64,000 nucleotides of DNA, taken from Actinomycetota bacterium. GTDB taxonomy: Bacteria > Actinomycetota > JAHEXW01. How positions within the stretch are numbered: the first letter of the stretch is position 1; every line of letters begins with the position of its first letter. This document shows, in pieces, positions 56,528 to 64,000 of the stretch. The DNA lies in the NCBI GenBank assembly GCA_041658625.1, contig JBAZZW010000001.1, positions 646,217-710,216 on the forward strand, written 5' to 3'. A program made the translations under genes and the position numbers. Below the pieces are notes generated by a model that was not told the origin of the DNA, did not search any database, and was given only the letters and a program-made list of their open reading frames with translations.

Positions 56528-57381
56528 CCACGGTAATCGACGGCAGAAAGATTTCGGCTGACATCCGGTCGGAAGTGGCGGAAGGTGTCGCCCAACTTAA
56601 AAAAGAAACAGGAGTCACCGCGGGGCTGGCGGTCATCATTGTCGGCGAGGACCCGGGCAGCCAGATATATGTCAGAAACAAAGAGAAGGCATGTGAAGAG
56701 ACGGGCATCTACTCGGAGAAACACGAGCTCCCGGCCGATGTCTCCGAGGAAGAGCTAATCACGCTGGTCAACCGGCTTAACGACGACCCAAACATCCACG
56801 GCCTGCTGGTGCAGCTGCCGCTGCCGAAACACATAGACGAGGATCGCGTCATCGACACCATTTCCGTTAAGAAAGACGTAGACGGATTTACGCCGGTCAA
56901 CGTGGGTAACATGCTTATCGGGAAGGATTGTTTCCTGCCCTGCACTCCGCACGGCATCATCATTCTTCTGCAGCGCGTCGGGATTGATATCTCGGGCAAG
57001 GACGCGGTCATCGTCGGCCGGAGCAATATAGTCGGCAAACCCGCCGCCATCCTGCTCATGCAGAACAACGCGACGGTCACGATTTGCCATAGCCGGACGA
57101 AAGACCTGGCCACGCATACCGGCCGGGCGGATATTCTGGTTGTTGGCATCGGTCAACCCAAGATGATAACGGCCGATATGGTCAAGGAAGGAGCCGCGGT
57201 AATCGACGCCGGCATAAACCGGGACGCCGAGGGCAAAGTCGTCGGCGATGTCGATTACGACGGAGTCTTTGGCAAGGTAGGCGCCATCACCCCGGTGCCG
57301 GGCGGCGTCGGCATGATGACCGTGGCCATGCTGATGTATAACACTCTCGAAGCCGCCCGCAAGGCGGCCGCGAGTAGTTAG
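56524..57381 (+). CDS. folD: Bifunctional methylene-THF dehydrogenase/methenyl-THF cyclohydrolase
   Basis: FolD motifs; 4-nt overlap with cooC stop. Confidence 0.95.
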   Translation: MTTVIDGRKISADIRSEVAEGVAQLKKETGVTAGLAVIIVGEDPGSQIYVRNKEKACEETGIYSEKHELPADVSEEELITLVNRLNDDPNIHGLLVQLPLPKHIDEDRVIDTISVKKDVDGFTPVNVGNMLIGKDCFLPCTPHGIIILLQRVGIDISGKDAVIVGRSNIVGKPAAILLMQNNATVTICHSRTKDLATHTGRADILVVGIGQPKMITADMVKEGAAVIDAGINRDAEGKVVGDVDYDGVFGKVGAITPVPGGVGMMTVAMLMYNTLEAARKAAASS

Positions 57382-57391
57382 TATTTGGCAG

Positions 57392-57424
57392 TTAGTTGTT
57401 GGAATACTAACCGCCAACAACTAA
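57392..57424 (+). other. AT-rich stem-loop (TTAGTTGTTGG-11nt-CCAACAACTAA) in folD-acsD spacer
   Basis: 11-bp stem; possible intra-operon processing/attenuation signal. Confidence 0.3.
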
Positions 57425-57473
57425 TTACTAACCACTGAACGACGAGCACTTTTCTACGTGCGAGGAGGAACTG

Positions 57474-58418
57474 ATGGAAGTGAAAGAAACCTATAACGGA
57501 AAAATAAGAGAGGCTGTCATCGGTCCGGACGGCGCCCAGGTAATTGTTGGCGGCGAAACGGGATTGCCGATGTATCTGTTTGAAGGAGAGGCGCCGCACG
57601 CCCCGGTTATCGCGCTCGAAGTTTACGACGCCAAGCCGGAAGACTGGCCGGAAGCGGCCATCAAGCCTTACGCCGACGTCATGGACGACCCTGTTAAGTG
57701 GGCGGTCAAATGCCAGGACGAATATAAAGCCGACATGATCTGTCTGCAGCTGGCGTCGACCAACCCGTCGGCCGAGAACAAGACCGGCGATGAGATCGCG
57801 CCTGTCGTCAAGGCGGTCGCCGACGCGATCAAGATTCCCCTGATCGTCTACGGCACGGCCAACGCTGACAAAGACGCCGAGGTCATGCCGAAAGCAGCCG
57901 AGGCCTGCCAGGGCAAGAAGGCCTTAATCGGCCCGATCGAGGAAGAAAATTATAAGACGGTCGCCGCCGCCGCCCTCGGGTTCGACCACCTGGGCGCGCC
58001 GCACTCGCCGATTGACGTAAACATGGCCAAGCAGCTGAACATATTATGCACCCAGTTCGGACTGGCGCCGGAGCGGATAATCATCGATCCGACGACCGGC
58101 GCGCTGGGCTACGGTCTGGAATATGTCTATTCCATCATGGAACGTTTGCGCATCGCGGCGCTGACGCAGAGCGACTCGATGACGCAGATGCCGATAATCA
58201 ATCAAATCGGCCGGGAAGTCTGGAAGACGAAAGAAGTCAAAACCCCGGAGGCGGACGAGCCCGCCTGGGGCGACGCCGAAACGCGCGGCATCCTATGGGA
58301 AGCGCTGACGGCGGTCGCTCTGATTATGGCCGGCTCGAATATCCTGGTTATGCGTCATCCGCGGGCGGTCGAGCTGACACGGCAGTTCCTGGCAATTATG
58401 GCCGGAACCGTCAATTAG
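57474..58418 (+). CDS. acsD: Corrinoid iron-sulfur protein small subunit (AcsD/CdhD)
   Basis: 314 aa, TIM-barrel pterin-binding-like; position before acsB. Confidence 0.85.
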   Translation: MEVKETYNGKIREAVIGPDGAQVIVGGETGLPMYLFEGEAPHAPVIALEVYDAKPEDWPEAAIKPYADVMDDPVKWAVKCQDEYKADMICLQLASTNPSAENKTGDEIAPVVKAVADAIKIPLIVYGTANADKDAEVMPKAAEACQGKKALIGPIEEENYKTVAAAALGFDHLGAPHSPIDVNMAKQLNILCTQFGLAPERIIIDPTTGALGYGLEYVYSIMERLRIAALTQSDSMTQMPIINQIGREVWKTKEVKTPEADEPAWGDAETRGILWEALTAVALIMAGSNILVMRHPRAVELTRQFLAIMAGTVN

Positions 58419-58430
58419 GGAGGGAAAAGA

Positions 58431-60623
58431 ATGTCGAAAATTATCGCATCAGCCGCCATTCGGGGCGCGCACGCCCTGGTCGGACGGGCTGAGAAAGCGC
58501 TGGACGAGGCGATAAAGGCTAAAGGCGAAGCCGAGCCGTTCTCGCTGCCCGATACCGCTTATTATCTGCCGGTCATCTACGCGATGACAGGCCAGAAATG
58601 TAAGACTCTGGGCGATTTGCCACCCATAATCGAGAAGGCCAAAGCGCTCCTGCCCGACGAGCCGACAGCGCGCGTCTGGCTGCCGTATCTGGGCCCGGCG
58701 CTGGACGCCGGTATGGCGACGCTATTCGCCGAGGAAATCATCGAGGCGATGAAATACGTTATGGGCCCGAACCCGGTAGACGGCATCTGGTTGGGCGCCA
58801 CCGACGATGTCATCGTCCGGACGCAGGGAATTAAACTGGTCGACGGCAGCATGCCTGGTTTCGCGGCGGTTGTCGGCGCGGCCCCGACGACGGAACAAGC
58901 CGTCCAGCTGGCTACCGACCTGCGCGAGCGCAATATCCTTTTGTTTATGGCCGGCGAAACGGACGGTAAGACTATGGCCGAGCAACTTGAGGAAGCCGGT
59001 GTTCAGATGGGGTGGGACGTATATCTGGTTCCGTTCGGCCGGGACATCACGGCGGCTATCTACGCCCTCGGCGTCGCTGCCCGCGCGGCCATGACTTTCG
59101 GCGGCATTACGCCGGGAGGAATGAAAGAAGCTCGCGATATCCTGATGTACAACAAGAACCGCGTTTTCGCCTTTGTCATCGCTTTGGGCGAGGTCGACGA
59201 CGAGAAATACGCGACGGCGGCGGGTGCCATCAACTTCGGCTTCCCGGTCGTTGCCGACACCGACATCCCGCAGATCTTACCGACCGGAATCGCTACTTAC
59301 GAACACGTCGTTTCCAACGTGCCGCTGGACAAGATCGTCGACACGGCGATAGAAGTCCGGGGATTAAAAATCAAGATTACCAAGATCCCGATCCCCGTTT
59401 CGTTCGGCCCGGCTTTCGAGGGTGAGCGAATTCGTAAAGAGCAGATGTTCGCCCAGTTCGGCGGGCAGAAGTCGCCGGCTTTCGAGTATCTGCGCATGCG
59501 AGAAATGGACGACGTCGAGAACGGCAAGATCGAAGTAATCGGGCCGGAGATCGACAAGATGGAGGAAGGCGGAGCTTATCCCCTCGGCATTTTGATCGAG
59601 GTCGCCGGACGGAAGATGCAGCCCGACTTTGAGCCGGTGTTGGAGAGGCAGCTGCACCACCTCATCAACGGAGCCGAAGGAATCTGGCATATGGGCCAGC
59701 GCGATATGAATTGGATCCGCATCAGCAAGGGCGCCAAGGACAAGGGCTTCAAGATAGAGCATTTTGGCGAGATTCTAAAAGCGAAACTTATGGACGACTT
59801 CCCGGCCATCGTGGATAAAATTCAGATCAAGATATTCACCGACGAAGCGGCCATGAAGGACGTACTGGAAGAGGCGAGGACCGCCTTTGTCGCCCGCGAC
59901 GAGCGCGTAGCCGGCTTGACCGATGAAAGCGTCGACCTCTTCTACTCCTGCACGTTATGCCAGAGCTTTGCCCCGAATCACGTCTGCGTTATATCGCCCG
60001 AGCGCCTGGGATTATGCGGCGCCTACAACTGGCTGGACGCCAAAGCGGCGTTTGAAATCAGTCCGACCGGTGCCAACCAGCCCATTACCAAGGGCGAGAC
60101 GCTGGACGCGGAGAAAGGCCAATGGGCCGGCGTTAATGAAGTCGTTTACCAGAAGACAAACAAGAGCGTCGAGCGCATCAACGCTTACTCCATCATGGAA
60201 GATCCCGAAACCAGCTGCGGCTGTTTTGAGTGCATCGTGGCCATCCTGCCTCTGGCTAACGGCGTTATGATCGTTAACCGGGAGTTCAGCGGGGAGACGC
60301 CGATCGGCATGAAGTTCTCCACACTGGCCGGCAGCGTCGGCGGCGGGGCCCAGACACCGGGCTTTCTAGGAGTAGGACGCCAGTATATTACCAGCGACAA
60401 GTTTATCAAGGCGGACGGCGGTTTTCAGCGAATCGTCTGGATGCCCAAGGAATTGAAGGACGCGCTCGCTTCGCAACTGGCGAAAAGGTCGGAGAGTATG
60501 GGAGTGCCCGACTTCGCCGAGAAAATCTGTGACGAGACGATCGCCGTGACTGAGGAAGAAGTCATGAACCACATGGCGCAGGTCAGCCATCCGGCGCTCG
60601 AGATGAACCCCATTATTGGATAA
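58431..60623 (+). CDS. acsB: CO-methylating acetyl-CoA synthase (AcsB/CdhC)
   Basis: 730 aa bacterial-type AcsB; A-cluster motif CGCFEC. Confidence 0.9.
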   Translation: MSKIIASAAIRGAHALVGRAEKALDEAIKAKGEAEPFSLPDTAYYLPVIYAMTGQKCKTLGDLPPIIEKAKALLPDEPTARVWLPYLGPALDAGMATLFAEEIIEAMKYVMGPNPVDGIWLGATDDVIVRTQGIKLVDGSMPGFAAVVGAAPTTEQAVQLATDLRERNILLFMAGETDGKTMAEQLEEAGVQMGWDVYLVPFGRDITAAIYALGVAARAAMTFGGITPGGMKEARDILMYNKNRVFAFVIALGEVDDEKYATAAGAINFGFPVVADTDIPQILPTGIATYEHVVSNVPLDKIVDTAIEVRGLKIKITKIPIPVSFGPAFEGERIRKEQMFAQFGGQKSPAFEYLRMREMDDVENGKIEVIGPEIDKMEEGGAYPLGILIEVAGRKMQPDFEPVLERQLHHLINGAEGIWHMGQRDMNWIRISKGAKDKGFKIEHFGEILKAKLMDDFPAIVDKIQIKIFTDEAAMKDVLEEARTAFVARDERVAGLTDESVDLFYSCTLCQSFAPNHVCVISPERLGLCGAYNWLDAKAAFEISPTGANQPITKGETLDAEKGQWAGVNEVVYQKTNKSVERINAYSIMEDPETSCGCFECIVAILPLANGVMIVNREFSGETPIGMKFSTLAGSVGGGAQTPGFLGVGRQYITSDKFIKADGGFQRIVWMPKELKDALASQLAKRSESMGVPDFAEKICDETIAVTEEEVMNHMAQVSHPALEMNPIIG

Positions 60624-60681
60624 GGCGAAGCAATTAGCAAAAGAGCCATGAGCTTAGAGCAGATAGAGGATAGTATAGAAA

Positions 60682-60745
60682 GCAATAAATATTCTTCGAC
60701 TGAGCTCCGACAGATCGGTCGGAGCGAATGGAGAAGCAACAATAA
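60682..60745 (+). promoter_or_regulatory. Leader motif copy B (GCAATAAATATTCTTCGAC-31nt hairpin-GAGAAGCAACAATA) in acsC 5' leader
   Basis: Same flanks as copies A and C; internal CTCCGAC/GTCGGAG hairpin. Confidence 0.55.
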
Positions 60746-60783
60746 CAGATTGACTCTTGGCTCAAAGCTGACAAGGAGGATTA

Positions 60784-62127
60784 ATGGCGCTTACCGGAAT
60801 AGATATTTTCAAACAACTTCCTAAGACGAACTGCGGCGACTGCGGCGTGCCGACTTGTTTGGCTTTCGCGATGAAGATCGCGGCCGGACAAGCGGAACTG
60901 GCCGGATGTCCTCATCTTTCAGAGGAAGCCGCGGAATCGTTGAGCGAAGCCAGCGCGCCGCCGATCCGCGCCGTCACTATCGGCTCGGGCGACGCCGCCG
61001 TTAAAATAGGCGGGGAACTCGTTCTCTACCGCCACGACAAAACATTCTATAATCCGTGCGTTTTCGCGGCCGTCGTAGATGACTCCATGGATGCTGCCGC
61101 GGCGGATGCGCTTATCAAGCAAACCAAGGAGAGCCACTTCAACCGGATCGAGCAGGACTTAAAACCTGGTTTGATCGCGGTTAAGTCGGTTTCGGGGAAA
61201 CCCGACGCCTTCGCGGCTCTGGTCGCCAAGGCCTCATCGGCCGGCGCGGCAATGGTTTTAATGAGCGAGGACCCGGCTGTTATAGAAGCCGGCTTGAAGG
61301 CCGCCGGTGACTCGGTTCCTCTCGTCTATGTCGCGACAGAGGATAACGTAGACAAGATGGCGGAGCTGGCGCTGGCCGCCAAGGCTCCGCTGGCCGTTAA
61401 ATCCGGCAATGGGCTGGATGGCATAATCGAGCTCACCAAGAAGGTTATGGCCAAGGGTATCAAAGACATCGTCATCGATCCCGGCACCAGAAATCCGAAA
61501 GACACCCTGGAGAAGCTGGTTTATATCCGCCGGGCGGCGCTTCTTAAGAAGGTTCGCGAACTCGGTTACCCGACTATCGTCTTTCCTAACGAGGAAACGG
61601 CCGACAAGATGATGGAAGCCTTAATCGCCGGGCTCTATGTTCTGAAATACGGCAGCGTAATCGTAATGTCGGACTTGGACGCGGCCCGGGCTCTGCCTCT
61701 GTACGTTTTAAGGCAGAACATCTATACCGACCCGCAGCGGCCGATGCAGGTTAAACAAGGCATCTACCCGATTGGCAATCCGACCGACGCTTCTCCGGTC
61801 ATGATAACCTCCAACTTCTCCCTGACCTATTTCATCGTGTCGGGTGAGGTGGAAGGCAGCCGGATTCCTTCCTGGTTGTGTGTTATGGACACGGAGGGCC
61901 TATCGGTTATGACCGCCTGGGCGGCCGGCAAGTTTGTGCCGGAGAAGATTACCCCGTTCATCAAGTCAAGCGGTATTGAGGAAAAGGTCAAACACCGCCG
62001 GCTGGTCATCCCCGGTTATCTGGCTTCTATGAGCGGGGAACTGGAAGATGAACTGTCGGATTGGAAGATCGAGGTCGGTCCTCGCGAGGCGGCGGACATT
62101 CCGCCGTTCCTGAAGACCTGGAGCTAA
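60784..62127 (+). CDS. acsC: Corrinoid iron-sulfur protein large subunit (AcsC/CdhE)
   Basis: N-terminal 4Fe-4S motif CGDCGVPTC; 447 aa. Confidence 0.9.
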   Translation: MALTGIDIFKQLPKTNCGDCGVPTCLAFAMKIAAGQAELAGCPHLSEEAAESLSEASAPPIRAVTIGSGDAAVKIGGELVLYRHDKTFYNPCVFAAVVDDSMDAAAADALIKQTKESHFNRIEQDLKPGLIAVKSVSGKPDAFAALVAKASSAGAAMVLMSEDPAVIEAGLKAAGDSVPLVYVATEDNVDKMAELALAAKAPLAVKSGNGLDGIIELTKKVMAKGIKDIVIDPGTRNPKDTLEKLVYIRRAALLKKVRELGYPTIVFPNEETADKMMEALIAGLYVLKYGSVIVMSDLDAARALPLYVLRQNIYTDPQRPMQVKQGIYPIGNPTDASPVMITSNFSLTYFIVSGEVEGSRIPSWLCVMDTEGLSVMTAWAAGKFVPEKITPFIKSSGIEEKVKHRRLVIPGYLASMSGELEDELSDWKIEVGPREAADIPPFLKTWS

Positions 62128-62143
62128 ACGACTGTTTATGGGA

Positions 62144-62260
62144 GGTTGCTTCGCTCACTGGTGTTCGCTCGCAATGACAGAATCACTCGACGCGAGACGC
62201 AAACATGAATCGTGTCATACCGTCATTGCGAGGAGGAGCGTCAGCGACGACGAAGCAACC
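62144..62260 (+). promoter_or_regulatory. Long imperfect stem-loop (outer arms GGTTGCTTCG / CGAAGCAACC, inner CTCGCAATGAC / GTCATTGCGAG) ending right before SD of downstream gene
   Basis: 10-bp + 11-bp complementary arms 100 nt apart. Confidence 0.4.
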
Positions 62261-62274
62261 CACCAGGAGGCTTA

Positions 62275-64000
62275 ATGCCAGATTCAAATATGGTAGCTCC
62301 CTGCTGTGGTGCATGCCCGGCCTTTACAGACGTCCCCGGTTACGTAGGTTTAATAGCGTTAGGGCGGTTTGCCGAGGCGTATGATGTCGCCCGGCTAACC
62401 AATCCCTTCGCTGCCTCTTGCGGTTATATCTGTTTCCATCCATGTGAACAGGATTGCCGCCGCGGCAGCGTGGACGCGCCCGTTTCCATTATGGAACTTA
62501 AACGCGCCGCGTATACTTACGGCGAAGCCAAGAGCCAAGAGCCAAGAGCCAAGAGCGGCCAGGCAAGCGGCAAGAAGATCGCGGTCATCGGCGCCGGGCC
62601 GGCCGGTTTAACGGCTGCGCAGGATCTGGTGTCGCAAGGTCATAACGTGACCGTTTTCGAGCGGGAGCCAAAAGCGGGCGGCATGCTTCGTCTGACCATT
62701 CCCCGTTACCGGTTGCCCGATGAGGCTCTGGATCGGGACATCGATCTGATTAAGGGCGCCGGGGTAAAAATCGAGTACGGCCAAGAGCTGGGGAAGAATC
62801 TTCAGCTGGTCGACCTCACTAACGCTTATGACTCGGTAATAGTCGCGACGGGTTTACCGATATCGCGTTCGCTGCCTGTTTTCCCGGCCGCCGGCGACGA
62901 CATCCTGCTTGCCATCCCGTTTCTAAAAGCGGTTAAAGCTGGCAACCCTCCGGGGTTGAAAGACCGCGTAATTGTTGTCGGAGGCGGCAATGTGGCCGTA
63001 GACGTGGCTCGTTCGGCCGCCCGGCTGGGCAGCCGGGTCGAACTGGTTTGTTTGGAAGCGCGGGACGAGATGCCGGCGCACGACTGGGAGATCGACGAGG
63101 CCGTTGAGGAAGGCGTCGTCATGAACTGTTGTCTAGGACCCGCGGAAGTGGTGGCTGGCGGCGGAACGGTCGGCGGGCTTAAATGCCAGGCGGTTGCCAG
63201 CGTGTTCGACGTCGAGGGACGGTTCAACCCGACATTCGTCGAGAACGAGTTTAAGGAAATCGCGGGTGAGACGATTATTATCGCCATCGGCCAATCCAGA
63301 GACACTATCGTGCACCAGGGCACGATAGTGGAGGTTTCTGAGCTGGAGAAAGAAGGTGTTTTTACAGCCGGGGAGTTTGCCGAAGGACCGGGCAGCGCAA
63401 TCAAAGCCGTGCAAAGCGGCCATATCGCCGCGGCCAAAGCGCTGGCCTATCTTTCGGGAGACACAGAGGCGGTCTACGAGCCGGAGAGCCTGTCCGACCT
63501 GACCGAGCGGATGACGCCGCTGGTCCCCAAGCGCGACAGGGTGAAGGCGGAGGCCAGGAAAGCAGCCGAGCGGAAGAAAGACTTCGGCCTGTTTGAGCCG
63601 GGCTTGAGCGAGACAAGCGCCGTCAGGGAAGCCTTAAGGTGCATGGCTTGTCTATCCGGGGCGGTTGTCGAGAAAGACAAATGCATCGCTTGCTTAACTT
63701 GCGTGAGGGTCTGTCCCTTCGAGATTCCGAAAATCGGGGCGGAGAACATCGCCGTCATTGATACGGTGGAATGCCAGGCCTGTGGCCAATGCGTGACCGA
63801 ATGTCCGGCGTCGGCCATCACCTTAAGCCGCGGTCAGGTGGAGCGGCTGTTGGCAGAAGCCGCGGCCGCAGCGAACAAGACCGTTGAATTCTTCTGCTTA
63901 AACAGACTGCAAGACGGCGAAGCCATATCGGCGCCCGGGCGGATTCCGGTAACCTGCGCCGCGCAGGTAAGCGAACTTGCCATATATAAAGCCCTGGAAA
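62275..64000 (+). CDS. GltD-like NAD(P)H:FAD oxidoreductase fused to 4Fe-4S ferredoxin domains (HdrA/NfnB-like), 3'-truncated by window end
   Basis: Open frame to end of window; VIGAGPAGL FAD motif; CIACLTCVRVCP and CQACGQCVTECP clusters; AGGAGG RBS; absent from ORF track because no stop in window. Confidence 0.75.
   Translation, partial: MPDSNMVAPCCGACPAFTDVPGYVGLIALGRFAEAYDVARLTNPFAASCGYICFHPCEQDCRRGSVDAPVSIMELKRAAYTYGEAKSQEPRAKSGQASGKKIAVIGAGPAGLTAAQDLVSQGHNVTVFEREPKAGGMLRLTIPRYRLPDEALDRDIDLIKGAGVKIEYGQELGKNLQLVDLTNAYDSVIVATGLPISRSLPVFPAAGDDILLAIPFLKAVKAGNPPGLKDRVIVVGGGNVAVDVARSAARLGSRVELVCLEARDEMPAHDWEIDEAVEEGVVMNCCLGPAEVVAGGGTVGGLKCQAVASVFDVEGRFNPTFVENEFKEIAGETIIIAIGQSRDTIVHQGTIVEVSELEKEGVFTAGEFAEGPGSAIKAVQSGHIAAAKALAYLSGDTEAVYEPESLSDLTERMTPLVPKRDRVKAEARKAAERKKDFGLFEPGLSETSAVREALRCMACLSGAVVEKDKCIACLTCVRVCPFEIPKIGAENIAVIDTVECQACGQCVTECPASAITLSRGQVERLLAEAAAAANKTVEFFCLNRLQDGEAISAPGRIPVTCAAQVSELAIYKALE

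Noticed and set aside
58046-59425. Frame-shifted ORFs rich in Arg/Gly (58046..58492, 59012..59425) inside acsD/acsB
   Set aside because: Alternative-frame artefacts of GC-rich coding DNA.
62533-62565. Triplicated AGAGCCAAG microsatellite
   Set aside because: Lies in-frame in the flavoprotein gene (KSQEPRAKSGQ); a minor low-complexity insertion, not a regulatory repeat.

Overview
A high-GC (about 60%) bacterial chromosome segment spanning the replication origin. It has Chloroflexi/Dehalococcoidia-like content: a class V FBP aldolase/phosphatase, and a Wood-Ljungdahl (WL) cluster of fhs, folD, acsB, acsC, acsD and cooC with no CODH catalytic subunit and no AcsE in the window. The core block runs parB-parA-rsmG-mnmG-mnmE-jag-yidC-yidD-rnpA-rpmH on the minus strand, then dnaA-dnaN-uppP on the plus strand. 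DnaA-box-like 9-mers sit upstream of dnaA and an AT-rich dnaA-dnaN spacer is the probable oriC/DUE. A GHKL-ATPase/HTH gene is unusually placed between rpmH and dnaA. Other genes include a P-type ATPase, a dodecaheme cytochrome c followed by two L,D-transpeptidases, a DUF2207/SPFH-zinc-ribbon/coiled-coil membrane-stress-like neighbourhood, an array of five tiny PLDc_N/DUF4870 membrane-protein paralogs next to tldD/pmbA, a 2482-aa repeat-rich surface adhesin, a PRC-MgtE_N-CBS protein + NRAMP transporter + AmmeMemoRadiSam-type radical SAM enzyme, and a plsY-like fusion with an inositol monophosphatase (IMPase) operon. Beyond the genes, three repeat or motif families stand out. R1 is a GGGGTCAGRCCC palindromic element present in 5 copies; one is in-frame inside the IMPase gene and one carries a promoter for the WL cluster. 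R2 is a roughly 110-170 nt structured repeat in 3 copies that shows a compensatory hairpin. The third is a leader motif, TAAATATTCTTCGAG...GAGAAGCAACAA, found in sense orientation in the 5' leaders of three unrelated genes. A perfect 20-bp palindrome also lies upstream of both mnmG and mnmE. No tRNA, rRNA or CRISPR was detected. Coordinates of several start codons are approximate.
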